Shown here: piece after piece, positions 9,183-17,385 of the stretch
Position numbering within the stretch: position 1 is the stretch's first letter
Layout of the letters: each line of letters begins with the position of its first letter
Sequence record: MF001355.1
Length of the DNA stretch: 24,000 nucleotides
Source of the DNA: Proteus phage PM2
Reading direction: 5' to 3' (one strand)
Translations under genes and position numbers: made by a program
Notes under the pieces: generated by a model
What the model was told of the DNA's origin: nothing
The model's input: only the letters and a program-made list of their open reading frames with translations
Database searches by the model: none

Positions 9183-9368
9183 TTAATAGTCCACCCTTTT
9201 TTCGTACATATCTCGTTTAAAGAACAAGAAATTCCAGAAATAGCCAGATTCATCTTTAATATCCCCGTTAACCATATACAAATATTCTTCTGGAGAAAAA
9301 TACTCATGCATAATTTTATGTCCATCTTTCATGGCTTCTAGAGCTTCTTTTCTATCCATTAAAAACAT
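9183..9368 (-). CDS. Hypothetical small phage protein, 61 aa
   Basis: MDRKEALEAMKDGHKIMHEYFSPEEYLYM; compact operon context. Confidence 0.6.
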   Translation of the reverse strand: MFLMDRKEALEAMKDGHKIMHEYFSPEEYLYMVNGDIKDESGYFWNFLFFKRDMYEKRVDY

Positions 9369-9646
9369 TACATTTCTCCAGCAGAACGGTTAAAAAATAA
9401 ATTAGTTTTTTCCATAACATGATTAAAACAAACATCCCAATACGAATCAAAAATAGATTCTAATGATGAATCGTGTTGAATTTTAACTGAAGCTTTACAG
9501 AAATCTTCAAATGGGACATCAGGCATTGATTTACCGGCTGCTGTTAAATAAATTGATGACAAATTCCATGTTGGATTCTTAATAGTCAACAAAGATACTA
9601 ATGCAATAAATTGCTCAAAAACTTCATATTTTTTAATAGGTTTCAT
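9368..9646 (-). CDS. Hypothetical protein, 92 aa
   Basis: ORF directly upstream of the 61-aa gene, overlapping by 1 nt. Confidence 0.6.
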   Translation of the reverse strand: MKPIKKYEVFEQFIALVSLLTIKNPTWNLSSIYLTAAGKSMPDVPFEDFCKASVKIQHDSSLESIFDSYWDVCFNHVMEKTNLFFNRSAGEM

Positions 9647-9673
9647 TGTATTTTCCTCAATAAATTTTATGTA

Positions 9674-9703
9674 ATATTATCACACTTAAAAGTCTTTGTA
9701 AAC
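9674..9703 (-). promoter_or_regulatory. T4-type early promoter upstream of the 92-aa gene
   Basis: Minus strand GTTTAC - aaagacttttaagtgtga - TAATAT. Confidence 0.7.
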
Positions 9704-9707
9704 CAAA

Positions 9708-9727
9708 AAAGGGACAAAAGTCCCTTT
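9708..9727 (-). terminator. Rho-independent terminator after gene 52
   Basis: Minus strand aaagggac-tttt-gtcccttt followed by T run; overlaps the gene 52 stop codon. Confidence 0.8.
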
Positions 9728-11081
9728 ATGCATTAATAGAATCTATGTCTTTTTTATATTCAGTTTCTATATCAGTGGTTTTCCAGTATTCATATTCCTT
9801 TTTATATTCTTTAGCCGCCTGTTCTAATTTTTTAATTTCGTCTTTAGTCATATGATAAAGATTCATAGAAATTAACTTGTCAGAAAAGGGTTTAAGATTA
9901 TCAAACTGTTCTATAGCTGCTAAAGCATCTTTACGACTTTTACCTGATAATACAATAGTTTTATCAAGAACCATTTTAATAAAATCTACTTTGGCTTTTG
10001 CGTAATCATACAAATACTCGGATTCTGATAATTTGATATCAATACGCTTTTGATAAAATGGTTTTCTTATTTCTACAAAATATTTAATTAATTCAGATGC
10101 TTTAGTAAAATCATCTCTAATTTTACCTTTGTCATCAATTACTGTAAAAAATTGTCCTATTTTTTGAGATAAACCAAATTCTTTAATGATTTGTTCATGA
10201 CGTTCTTCTGGGTCTGATTTAAGATTAAAATCTTTTTTGATAGTAATTTTAAATCTGAATTTTACTTGGCCTGTTTTTTCATCTTCACCAGATAAATCGT
10301 CATATTCAGAAATTTTACCCTGATTAACTAATTCATCTAGAATTTTTGTAGTATATGCTTCGCGTTCCCATTTGTATGGAACTTCTGTAATAAGAAGTTG
10401 GGTTTTGCCTTTAAGCTCATATGTACCTTGTAATTCTACACCCGATTCAGTAGGAATAATCTTGCCATTAAATTGTGGAAACTGTACTTCAGGTTCTTTA
10501 TCTAATTTACCATCAATAGCTAATTTTGTACATTCAACAACAGATTTTAATGAATGAGGTAAAATATTAGTAGCATAACCAGTAGCAATTCCTTTAACAC
10601 CATTTAATAAAACAGTTGGAATAATAGGTAAATAAAACTTAGGTGGAATGTGTTCTACATCAGGATGTTCTGGAGAAATATTAAGGTCTTTATATAAATC
10701 AAAGAAGTTTTGAGATATACGACAGAACACATAACGAGCAGCACCGCCTTTTTGGATTAATCTAGAACCAAATGCACCGCGTCCATCTAAAAATGGAACA
10801 TTGTTATTCCAATTATTGGCCATTAATTTACCGGCTTCAGCCGCAGAACCTTCACCATGATGGTATCCAATTTCAGCAACACCACCTGACAATCCTGCTA
10901 ATTTATGATATTTACTTTTATCACCTTTAGCTTTTTCCAAGGCCCTATAAATTATAAATCGTTGGACAGGTTTAAATCCATCTATAAGATTTGGAATAGC
11001 TCGCTCTTCTACAGTGTATAAGGCATATTCTTTAGCTTCATTGTTAATAATGCTTTTTAATGAACGTAAATTCAATTCCAT
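9726..11081 (-). CDS. 52: DNA topoisomerase II medium subunit (gp52), 451 aa
   Basis: GyrA/ParC-like motifs: ERAIPNLIDGFKPVQRFIIYRAL, GGVAEIGYHHGEGSAAEAGKLMANNWNNNVPFLDGRGAFGSR, AARYVFCRIS. Confidence 0.95.
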   Translation of the reverse strand: MELNLRSLKSIINNEAKEYALYTVEERAIPNLIDGFKPVQRFIIYRALEKAKGDKSKYHKLAGLSGGVAEIGYHHGEGSAAEAGKLMANNWNNNVPFLDGRGAFGSRLIQKGGAARYVFCRISQNFFDLYKDLNISPEHPDVEHIPPKFYLPIIPTVLLNGVKGIATGYATNILPHSLKSVVECTKLAIDGKLDKEPEVQFPQFNGKIIPTESGVELQGTYELKGKTQLLITEVPYKWEREAYTTKILDELVNQGKISEYDDLSGEDEKTGQVKFRFKITIKKDFNLKSDPEERHEQIIKEFGLSQKIGQFFTVIDDKGKIRDDFTKASELIKYFVEIRKPFYQKRIDIKLSESEYLYDYAKAKVDFIKMVLDKTIVLSGKSRKDALAAIEQFDNLKPFSDKLISMNLYHMTKDEIKKLEQAAKEYKKEYEYWKTTDIETEYKKDIDSINA

Positions 11082-11096
11082 TATATCTTCCTAATG

Positions 11097-11118
11097 CAAA
11101 AAGGCCTTTCGGCCTTTG
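11097..11118 (-). terminator. Rho-independent terminator after ndd
   Basis: Minus strand aaaggcc-gaaa-ggccttttttgc. Confidence 0.8.
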
Positions 11119-11135
11119 TTTTTAAAATTAAATTA

Positions 11136-11642
11136 TTAATTATATTTAAAAGAATAATTATCTTTAATACGAGATTTTACTTCATACATGTTATTATAGA
11201 TATCAGTTTCTGTTTTAGCTAATTTACCAAATAAAGTTCCGTGTTTACCAACTTTATTCGTTAGATATTTGGCATTTTCCATAGAAACATAATACACTTC
11301 AATTTCTGTTTTTGCAGATAAATGGCGTTTTAACTTTGCAGCTGGTTTAAATTTAGCAGCCTGGATTTTGTTAATGATTGTATATAAACCATAGTTTGTA
11401 CGGAATTTTTCATTAATACGTTGACGACCCACAGTATAAACATTTAAGCCTTCACCTGTATTTTTATCAACAAAGAAATAAAACCCAGGTTTAAACATAT
11501 TTTCATCTGTTTGAGAATTGATAATAATATCAATATTCCAAGAACCAGGGTTTCTTGTAAGAGTAACTACTAAATCAGAAAAACCAGAAACATGTTGTTT
11601 GTTAAAACGTACTTTATTAAAATTCATAATGACCTCATTCAC
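11136..11642 (-). CDS. ndd: Ndd-like nucleoid disruption protein, 168 aa
   Basis: KPGFYFFVDKNTGEGLNVYTVGRQRINEKF... and ...MYEVKSRIKDNYSFKY follow T4 Ndd (KPGFYFLVSKLDG...VGNQRSKQGF...DNFKFV) as recalled; located between 52 and denB/rIIB as in T4. Confidence 0.75.
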   Translation of the reverse strand: MNEVIMNFNKVRFNKQHVSGFSDLVVTLTRNPGSWNIDIIINSQTDENMFKPGFYFFVDKNTGEGLNVYTVGRQRINEKFRTNYGLYTIINKIQAAKFKPAAKLKRHLSAKTEIEVYYVSMENAKYLTNKVGKHGTLFGKLAKTETDIYNNMYEVKSRIKDNYSFKYN

Positions 11643-11661
11643 GATTAGATAGTATGGATGT

Positions 11662-11690
11662 ATTATAACTAAAAATCCTTGGATGTAAAT
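11662..11690 (-). promoter_or_regulatory. Early promoter for ndd-like gene
   Basis: Minus strand ATTTAC - 17 nt - TATAAT ending 19 nt upstream of the start codon. Confidence 0.65.
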
Positions 11691-12304
11691 ACTTTAAAAC
11701 AAAAATTTTTATCTCTTTTAATTCTTCCGGTTAAATAGTAGCCGTCGAATTTAGATTTACGAATACTACCATTCTTTGTAGATAAAGCGTATTGGTCTGC
11801 TAAAATATAAGGAATCATCCTGAATGTGTTCAGGGCAATCTTTTCTGTTTTGAATATAATTATAATATCTGCCACACCAAATTTCAAGAACGGTCCCAGG
11901 TTTATCCCTGATGTACCAGGACAATCTCCATCCATACCAGAATTCACTACAACCCATTTAGAATTTGATTGATGGGTTTTTACTTCTATTCTTAATCCAG
12001 AGTATTTTGGGTGAGCTATAACATCATAAGCATATGTGTATGGGTCTTCAAGATCTTCTTGACCATGATTAATAATACCATCTACATGTTCTTTGACATA
12101 TTCTTCTGCCATAATGGCAATCATACATTTCTCAAAGCATTCTGGTACGGTTTGATTTGGGTTAGATTCCAACGAATACTTTGTTGTTGAACGTATTTTT
12201 TCTTTAGTATCTTCACTCATATCTCTTAAAGACATTACTTTAGGCTTTAATTCTGACAATCTTTTCCATCCAGGATTTGTTTCTAACATATTACCTCTCA
12301 ACAA
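11669..12304 (-). CDS. denB: DenB-like endonuclease IV, 211 aa
   Basis: DTKEKIRSTT, AYDVIAHPKYSGLRIEVKTHQSNSKWVVVNSG; position next to rIIB as in T4; E-V-K nuclease-like core. Confidence 0.7.
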   Translation of the reverse strand: MLRGNMLETNPGWKRLSELKPKVMSLRDMSEDTKEKIRSTTKYSLESNPNQTVPECFEKCMIAIMAEEYVKEHVDGIINHGQEDLEDPYTYAYDVIAHPKYSGLRIEVKTHQSNSKWVVVNSGMDGDCPGTSGINLGPFLKFGVADIIIIFKTEKIALNTFRMIPYILADQYALSTKNGSIRKSKFDGYYLTGRIKRDKNFCFKVFTSKDF

Positions 12305-12310
12305 AAAAAG

Positions 12311-12334
12311 GGACCGAAGTCCCTTAACTTATTT
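12311..12334 (-). terminator. Rho-independent terminator after rIIB
   Basis: Minus strand aagggac-ttcg-gtccctttttttg. Confidence 0.85.
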
Positions 12335-12338
12335 AAAT

Positions 12339-13577
12339 CTATTTTTTAAACTTATCAGTTACATCTTCTAGAACAGTATAACCACATGTTCGCATTTTAG
12401 CATCGTTATAATCCACTGGAATAGAAACTACATCACGTGGATGAACTTTGACAGAAACTACACGGCTTTTACTTCCACCAAATGATGGGATATAAGACTT
12501 GGAACACACATGTAAGCCGGAAGAACATGTACGATTATCGTCTTCATCTACTGTATTACGTGGAACTTCTACACGTTTACCTGGTGAATTATCAAATGTA
12601 CCACTATGACAATCTAAATAATTATCACGTACGACTTTCCATGCAATAAAATGGCCATCTGCTGTGATTTCGATATCTGTAGCCATTAAGAAATCATACA
12701 AACGCATTACAGCTTTACGACTTGGATTTAACATTAAATTTTCTAAGAATGGTAATAAAAATTTAAAATCTTTACCTTCTTTCATATTAGAAATAATTTT
12801 ACGAGTTAATCCTGAATCAATAACAAGGTCTTTATAATACAAAGTAGAACCTTCTATTTTAATATGGCCCTGTGTATAAGACTTGATAGCTCGTTTTGTA
12901 TTAATAAGGTCTAACGCTTTTTGGACATGTTTGTGTTCGGTTTTAGAATCACCTTTAGAAACGGCTTCCATTGCTTTAGACAGTTCAGATAAAGCATCTT
13001 TAAAGTTTTCATGGTCTTTACCTGCGTTATATGTTTTAGTTCCTACTGTAATAGAAATAAACTTACTATTAGCGTTCCAAACCAAATTTTCTAAAATATC
13101 TTTGGTCTTTTCTGTATTTCTTTTAGAATTTTTAAAATCCACATCTGTTGTCGATTTTTTAAAAAGATCAATGATATAATTATTGATATCTTCTGCTGTT
13201 TGCTCATCAGAACAATTATATGCATATATAGTATCTTTTGATTTTAACTTTCCAATACGAATAATACCCGGGATAGCTAAGTCACAACTTTGTGCAAACA
13301 TATCTCGTTCTTTAGGATTGTTGATACAAACCTTGTCACATGTAATAGAAGTATTTAATTTAGGGTCGATAATAATTTTATCTGCAAATACCCAGTCATA
13401 TGCCAATTGTGAACCCGGCTCAGGTGTATAAATTTGTGTAGGGTTTTCTTTTAAAACTCTTGTAATAGTATCTGGCGATACATTAAAATGTCGTGCAATA
13501 AGAGCTTTTGACTTACCTTCAACAAAAAGATTAAAAACAGTTTCTTTTTGTTGTTGATTTAAAATTTTAACGGACAT
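12339..13577 (-). CDS. rIIB: RIIB-like protein, 412 aa
   Basis: N-terminal HTH (KSKALIARHFNVSPDTITRVLKENP), C-terminal WKVVRDNYLDCHSGTFDNSPGKRVEVPRNTVDEDDNRTCSSGLHVCS; overlaps rIIA stop in TAATG as in T4. Confidence 0.93.
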   Translation of the reverse strand: MSVKILNQQQKETVFNLFVEGKSKALIARHFNVSPDTITRVLKENPTQIYTPEPGSQLAYDWVFADKIIIDPKLNTSITCDKVCINNPKERDMFAQSCDLAIPGIIRIGKLKSKDTIYAYNCSDEQTAEDINNYIIDLFKKSTTDVDFKNSKRNTEKTKDILENLVWNANSKFISITVGTKTYNAGKDHENFKDALSELSKAMEAVSKGDSKTEHKHVQKALDLINTKRAIKSYTQGHIKIEGSTLYYKDLVIDSGLTRKIISNMKEGKDFKFLLPFLENLMLNPSRKAVMRLYDFLMATDIEITADGHFIAWKVVRDNYLDCHSGTFDNSPGKRVEVPRNTVDEDDNRTCSSGLHVCSKSYIPSFGGSKSRVVSVKVHPRDVVSIPVDYNDAKMRTCGYTVLEDVTDKFKK

Positions 13578-15622
13578 TATAATTCCTTAGGTTTCAAATA
13601 AGTATTAATGATTTTAATTTGTTTTTCTGTAAATTCTGGCAAATTATAAACATAATAATATAATACAGGGTATTTTTCGCGAATATTCTTTTCAGAATTT
13701 TCAAATTCTTGTTCTTTTTGAGTTTCAAGTAAAGTCAGTTCATTGTATAAAGCTTCATCAGAACATAAAAGTATTCTTTTTAATTCTAAATATAAATACA
13801 AATCTATAGCAGGCTTGTATTTTGGATTTAATAAAAGCATATCAATCCATGGAAGTTCTTTTAGAACATCACAATTTAAAAAGTCAGAACTATATTCAAC
13901 AGGAATATTATTAATATTTAAATTGAATGATTTAATTTTATCTGAAAGCATATCAATCATATTTTGTCCTTCAGAATATTTAAATGCTGCAGGTCTAATA
14001 ACATGGAATTCTTGTATTCCTAAAAATTCACAAAGTTTAATTACGGCTCTATTAGCTATGTATTGCTTGTTTTTGTCTGAACATATAATTGTATTATCGT
14101 ATGAATATAAAATGGGCCCTTTAATTTCTCGGACTTCTGATGCTGTTAAGTATAAGTCGCTTTTAGAAAAATACTTATTCCATTTATCTTCTTTCATTGT
14201 CCAAATTTGTACATTAGAAGCTTTTGGACGGGCTTCAACAGGTTTAGAAGTTTTGTATTTGGTTCTTAAATAAGATAAATTATAGATTGATAAGTCATCA
14301 CCCATGAAATCTTTTATTTGTTCTAAGGTTTGTGTTTCTGTATCTTTTAAAACAACACATAATCTATCAAAACCAAAATCTTGCTTCATTCCACGAATTG
14401 TAGCAATTTTGTCTTTACCTTTACAATCATCAATTATAACTAATAAATTAGATACACCAAAATTTAAAATTGTGCTAATATTTTGCTTATATTTAGTAGA
14501 ACTATGATTAAGATTACTAATTCTAACCAATTTAGGATTATCACAAATATAATATCCTTGCAAATATAAGTCAGGATAAGCTCTATATTTCGAGTGCAAA
14601 TTTTTAATTGGCCCAAATTTTTTAGATTCAAAATATTTTTTTAAATATTCACACAAACGGTATGGTTTAGTATTTACATATCTTAGAACGGCCCTTTCAG
14701 AATCAATATCGTCGATTTCTTTTTGGATCTCTGTATATATTTCTTTTGTTATTTCTTCAACTCTTCTTTTAATATTGTTTACCGTGTCGTCGTCATACGA
14801 AATTTCTTCACGAGAAGGAGCAATATCAAGTTCACCTAGCTTAAAGCGAATAAATAGTTTACCTGGTTCACCTAAAGCACTTATTCCGGAAAAGTCAAAA
14901 GATTCACTCTTTAATGGATATCTAATTTTACCCATAATTGCATAAACTTCTGTTGAATCAACCGATAACCCGGAATCTGCAAAAAAGTATTCATCTGTAG
15001 GTAAATAATTAACTTGAATCTGTGGGCCTACAAAATTGGGTTTAATGTCACAAAACGTGGCAAAAACATATCGTGCTTCATGATGCCATCTAGAAACATC
15101 TTTTTCTAAAACAGGAACAGTTATTTCTAATCCAGAAGGAGAATCATCTTCAACATCAAAAGTAGGAATTAACGAAGGTTCACCATTATCTAGACAAGCT
15201 GTATAACCACGGGCACGTCCTTCAAATCTTGATACAATAGAAAATGTTTCTGTATATCCAAATGGAGATTTAGAACCCAATCCTAAAGCACCAATAAAAT
15301 CATTAGAATCCGATTTTGTAGATTCAAAATATGTGGTATACATATGAGTGACATCGTCATCGGATAATCCTGGACCGTAATCGCGAATAATAAATCTTGG
15401 GTCAATAATAGATGGCAAAGTAACGTCAAAAGGATTAAAATGACCTAATAAAGTATGAGCATCTGCGGCATTACAGCTCAATTCACGAATAATTGCTCTA
15501 ATCTGATTGGTATATAAATTTTGTGACAAAACTTTAAAAGCTTTAGCAGATGTGGCAATTGTAAATTTGGTAGAAGTTTTATTACTACCTAACATTATTT
15601 CATTAGTATTATGTAATTTCAT
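13577..15622 (-). CDS. rIIA: RIIA-like protein, GHKL ATPase-type fold, 681 aa
   Basis: AIIRELSCNAADAHTLLG, FIIRDYGPGLSDDDVTHMYTTYFESTK, GALGLGSKSPFGYT ATP-binding motifs; pairs with rIIB. Confidence 0.95.
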   Translation of the reverse strand: MKLHNTNEIMLGSNKTSTKFTIATSAKAFKVLSQNLYTNQIRAIIRELSCNAADAHTLLGHFNPFDVTLPSIIDPRFIIRDYGPGLSDDDVTHMYTTYFESTKSDSNDFIGALGLGSKSPFGYTETFSIVSRFEGRARGYTACLDNGEPSLIPTFDVEDDSPSGLEITVPVLEKDVSRWHHEARYVFATFCDIKPNFVGPQIQVNYLPTDEYFFADSGLSVDSTEVYAIMGKIRYPLKSESFDFSGISALGEPGKLFIRFKLGELDIAPSREEISYDDDTVNNIKRRVEEITKEIYTEIQKEIDDIDSERAVLRYVNTKPYRLCEYLKKYFESKKFGPIKNLHSKYRAYPDLYLQGYYICDNPKLVRISNLNHSSTKYKQNISTILNFGVSNLLVIIDDCKGKDKIATIRGMKQDFGFDRLCVVLKDTETQTLEQIKDFMGDDLSIYNLSYLRTKYKTSKPVEARPKASNVQIWTMKEDKWNKYFSKSDLYLTASEVREIKGPILYSYDNTIICSDKNKQYIANRAVIKLCEFLGIQEFHVIRPAAFKYSEGQNMIDMLSDKIKSFNLNINNIPVEYSSDFLNCDVLKELPWIDMLLLNPKYKPAIDLYLYLELKRILLCSDEALYNELTLLETQKEQEFENSEKNIREKYPVLYYYVYNLPEFTEKQIKIINTYLKPKEL

Positions 15623-15648
15623 TATTAACTCATTTGTCTATTATAGTA

Positions 15649-15840
15649 TTAATCATATAACTTATTATACAAGGTACTAATACACGATTCAATATCGGGC
15701 CCTTTAATAGAGTAAAAGGACCCATTGATATACACTTCTAAAATATAACCCATCATTTCATGGATAGCACTTTCAACACAATAGAAAGGAGAACATTCCC
15801 CTTTATACATTTTATTTTTATATTCTATATGGATAACCAT
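15649..15840 (-). CDS. Hypothetical protein, 63 aa
   Basis: Small ORF between rIIA and gene 60. Confidence 0.5.
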   Translation of the reverse strand: MVIHIEYKNKMYKGECSPFYCVESAIHEMMGYILEVYINGSFYSIKGPDIESCISTLYNKLYD

Positions 15841-15849
15841 ATTATTTCC

Positions 15850-16077
15850 TTAATCAAAAAATCCTGGTCTGTCTTCAAGTTTTTTATGAATACCAAATAA
15901 TGCATCTTCGATAGAAATTCCATCTTCAACAATGGCTTCTCTTCTATTATTAAACACTTTAACTTGATAAGCAACTAATTCTACATGTAAAGCTGTTCTT
16001 TCATAAATTGGAAGTACGACTGTCCGTCGTACGCTTCCTTTATACCAAAACCCTACTTCTGTCATGATTTCATCCAC
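15850..16077 (-). CDS. Hypothetical protein, 75 aa
   Basis: Small ORF; its 5' end overlaps the 3' end of gene 60 by 16 nt. Confidence 0.6.
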   Translation of the reverse strand: MDEIMTEVGFWYKGSVRRTVVLPIYERTALHVELVAYQVKVFNNRREAIVEDGISIEDALFGIHKKLEDRPGFFD

Positions 16078-16598
16078 TCTTTTCTAAGATCTGCATTATC
16101 ACCAAATAACATTTCGAATAACTCTTCATAATTATCAGGCAATTCCACTATATCGTAAACCGGGTCCCTAACAACACGTTTATATTCATTTGAAGTTAAA
16201 GAAGCTAGTCCTTTAATATACCGCGGGGCTGACCAGCCTTTTAATTTGGATTTTTCTTTTTCGTATTCTTCTACATTATAATACCATTTCTGTTCATTAC
16301 CTTTTTGAATAATAATTAAAGGTGTTTTACAAAAACGAATTCTTTGTTCTTTATATAGTTCAGGCCATTTAGCAAAGAATGCTAATAGCGAAGGATATAT
16401 GGAACCTTGTCCAATTATCTCTTTATTTGTGAGGTATGTCAATGAGTAGCCCGAAGGCTACCCATCAACATCGGCATCAGTCATAATAGCGATGTTATCA
16501 TACATCATATTACTAGCGGTAGAAGTTCTTTTAACAATAGTCTGGGCTTTATATTTAGTCATATCAATATCATTTTTGTCGATTTTTGAGAATTTCAT
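16062..16598 (-). CDS. 60: DNA topoisomerase II small subunit gp60, interrupted by a candidate ribosome-bypassing gap: complement(16461..16598) joined to complement(16062..16409), 161 aa product
   Basis: Exon-like part 1: MKFSKIDKNDIDMTKYKAQTIVKRTSTASNMMYDNIAIMTDADVDG then TAG. Part 2: QGSIYPSLLAFFAKWPELYKEQRIRFCKTPLIIIQKGNEQKWYYNVEEYEKEKSKLKG...GDNADLRKEWMKS. Together they align with T4 gp60 (160 aa). Confidence 0.93.
16410..16463 (-). promoter_or_regulatory. Translational bypassing element: takeoff GGG (16463..16461), UAG (16460..16458), UUCG hairpin, landing GGA (16412..16410)
   Basis: Coding-strand sequence GAT GGG TAGCCTTCGGGCTACTCATTGACATACCTCACAAATAAAGAGATAATT GGA CAA GGT; gap is 51 nt including the landing codon. 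Confidence 0.88.
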
Positions 16599-17385
16599 TT
16601 TTAACCTCGTAATATTCTGTATTTGGTTTCCAGCCTTGTTTAAACATATTTAAGGCCTTCGCATATAATTTACTTCGTTTTTCTATTCCTGTCTTCTTCA
16701 TCCATTTAGCAACACCAGTTGCTTTTGGACGAGATTCATCATAATTTGTTATATACCAGTTGTATAGAGACTCTATATTAACAATGGATTCCTTTTCAGC
16801 ACCAAACTTATTAAACCAGGGTCTAGAATCATTTACTTCTTTAGCTCTTTTTGTTGCATTATTCCAGTTACCAATACCCTTAAGCCCAAGTTCATTTATT
16901 TTAGGGTCATCAACTTTGAGGCGGTATATTTTCCCTGATTCATCCTTAAAATTTGTTACACCTTTTTCGCCTTCAAATCTATTTCCGAAATTGTTTCCAA
17001 CCCATTCATCTTTATTAAATGTTCCTTTAACAAGCAATTTGCATTTTCCGGTTTTAACATTTCTCATAGATACTTTATCAGACATAAATGCTTTAGACCA
17101 TTTACTAACTGCTTTTCTATGGGCCTTTCTTGCGAATTCATAAGAACGAGAATTTTTATTAGAGTTCAACATTCTACCTAAAGCGAAAGCCATTTCTTTG
17201 TTTCTATGTATTTTATACAATAACAAATGAGCAAAGAAATGTTCTCTACATGTAAGCTTTACTAAATTAGATTTGTCGTTTGACCCACCCATAGACCTAG
17301 GTACAATGTGATGAATTTCGCCTTCTTCGGCAGGATTCTCCTGCCGTTTTTTAATTAAATTATTATATATTTTAGAGTAATTCAC
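16570..17385 (-). CDS. HNH homing endonuclease (Mob/MobE-like position), 271 aa
   Basis: MNYSKIYNNLIKKRQE...GEIHHIVPRSMGGSNDKSNLVKLTCREHFFAHLLLYKI; lies between genes 39 and 60, the place occupied by mobE in T4. Confidence 0.9.
   Translation of the reverse strand: MNYSKIYNNLIKKRQENPAEEGEIHHIVPRSMGGSNDKSNLVKLTCREHFFAHLLLYKIHRNKEMAFALGRMLNSNKNSRSYEFARKAHRKAVSKWSKAFMSDKVSMRNVKTGKCKLLVKGTFNKDEWVGNNFGNRFEGEKGVTNFKDESGKIYRLKVDDPKINELGLKGIGNWNNATKRAKEVNDSRPWFNKFGAEKESIVNIESLYNWYITNYDESRPKATGVAKWMKKTGIEKRSKLYAKALNMFKQGWKPNTEYYEVKNEILKNRQK

Noticed and set aside
12883-14507. Plus-strand ORFs at 12883..13179, 13183..13431, 13743..14273 and 14304..14507
   Set aside because: Antisense to rIIB and rIIA; composition looks like reverse-complement coding sequence.
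16062-16442. ORF-track call of a 126-aa protein starting at TTG 16442 (MTYLTNKEIIGQGSIYP...)
   Set aside because: The first 11 codons correspond to the bypass gap. The conserved gp60 N-terminus lies upstream at 16598..16461, so this is the C-terminal part of gene 60 rather than a separate gene.
16447-16460. TAGCC-TTCG-GGCTA hairpin considered as an ordinary intergenic terminator
   Set aside because: No T-run follows on the coding strand (ctcattgac), and it sits between two conserved halves of one protein at the takeoff codon.
16410-16463. Self-splicing intron or intein instead of bypassing
   Set aside because: A 51-nt gap is far too short for a group I/II intron or an intein, and it carries the hallmarks of the T4 bypass signal.
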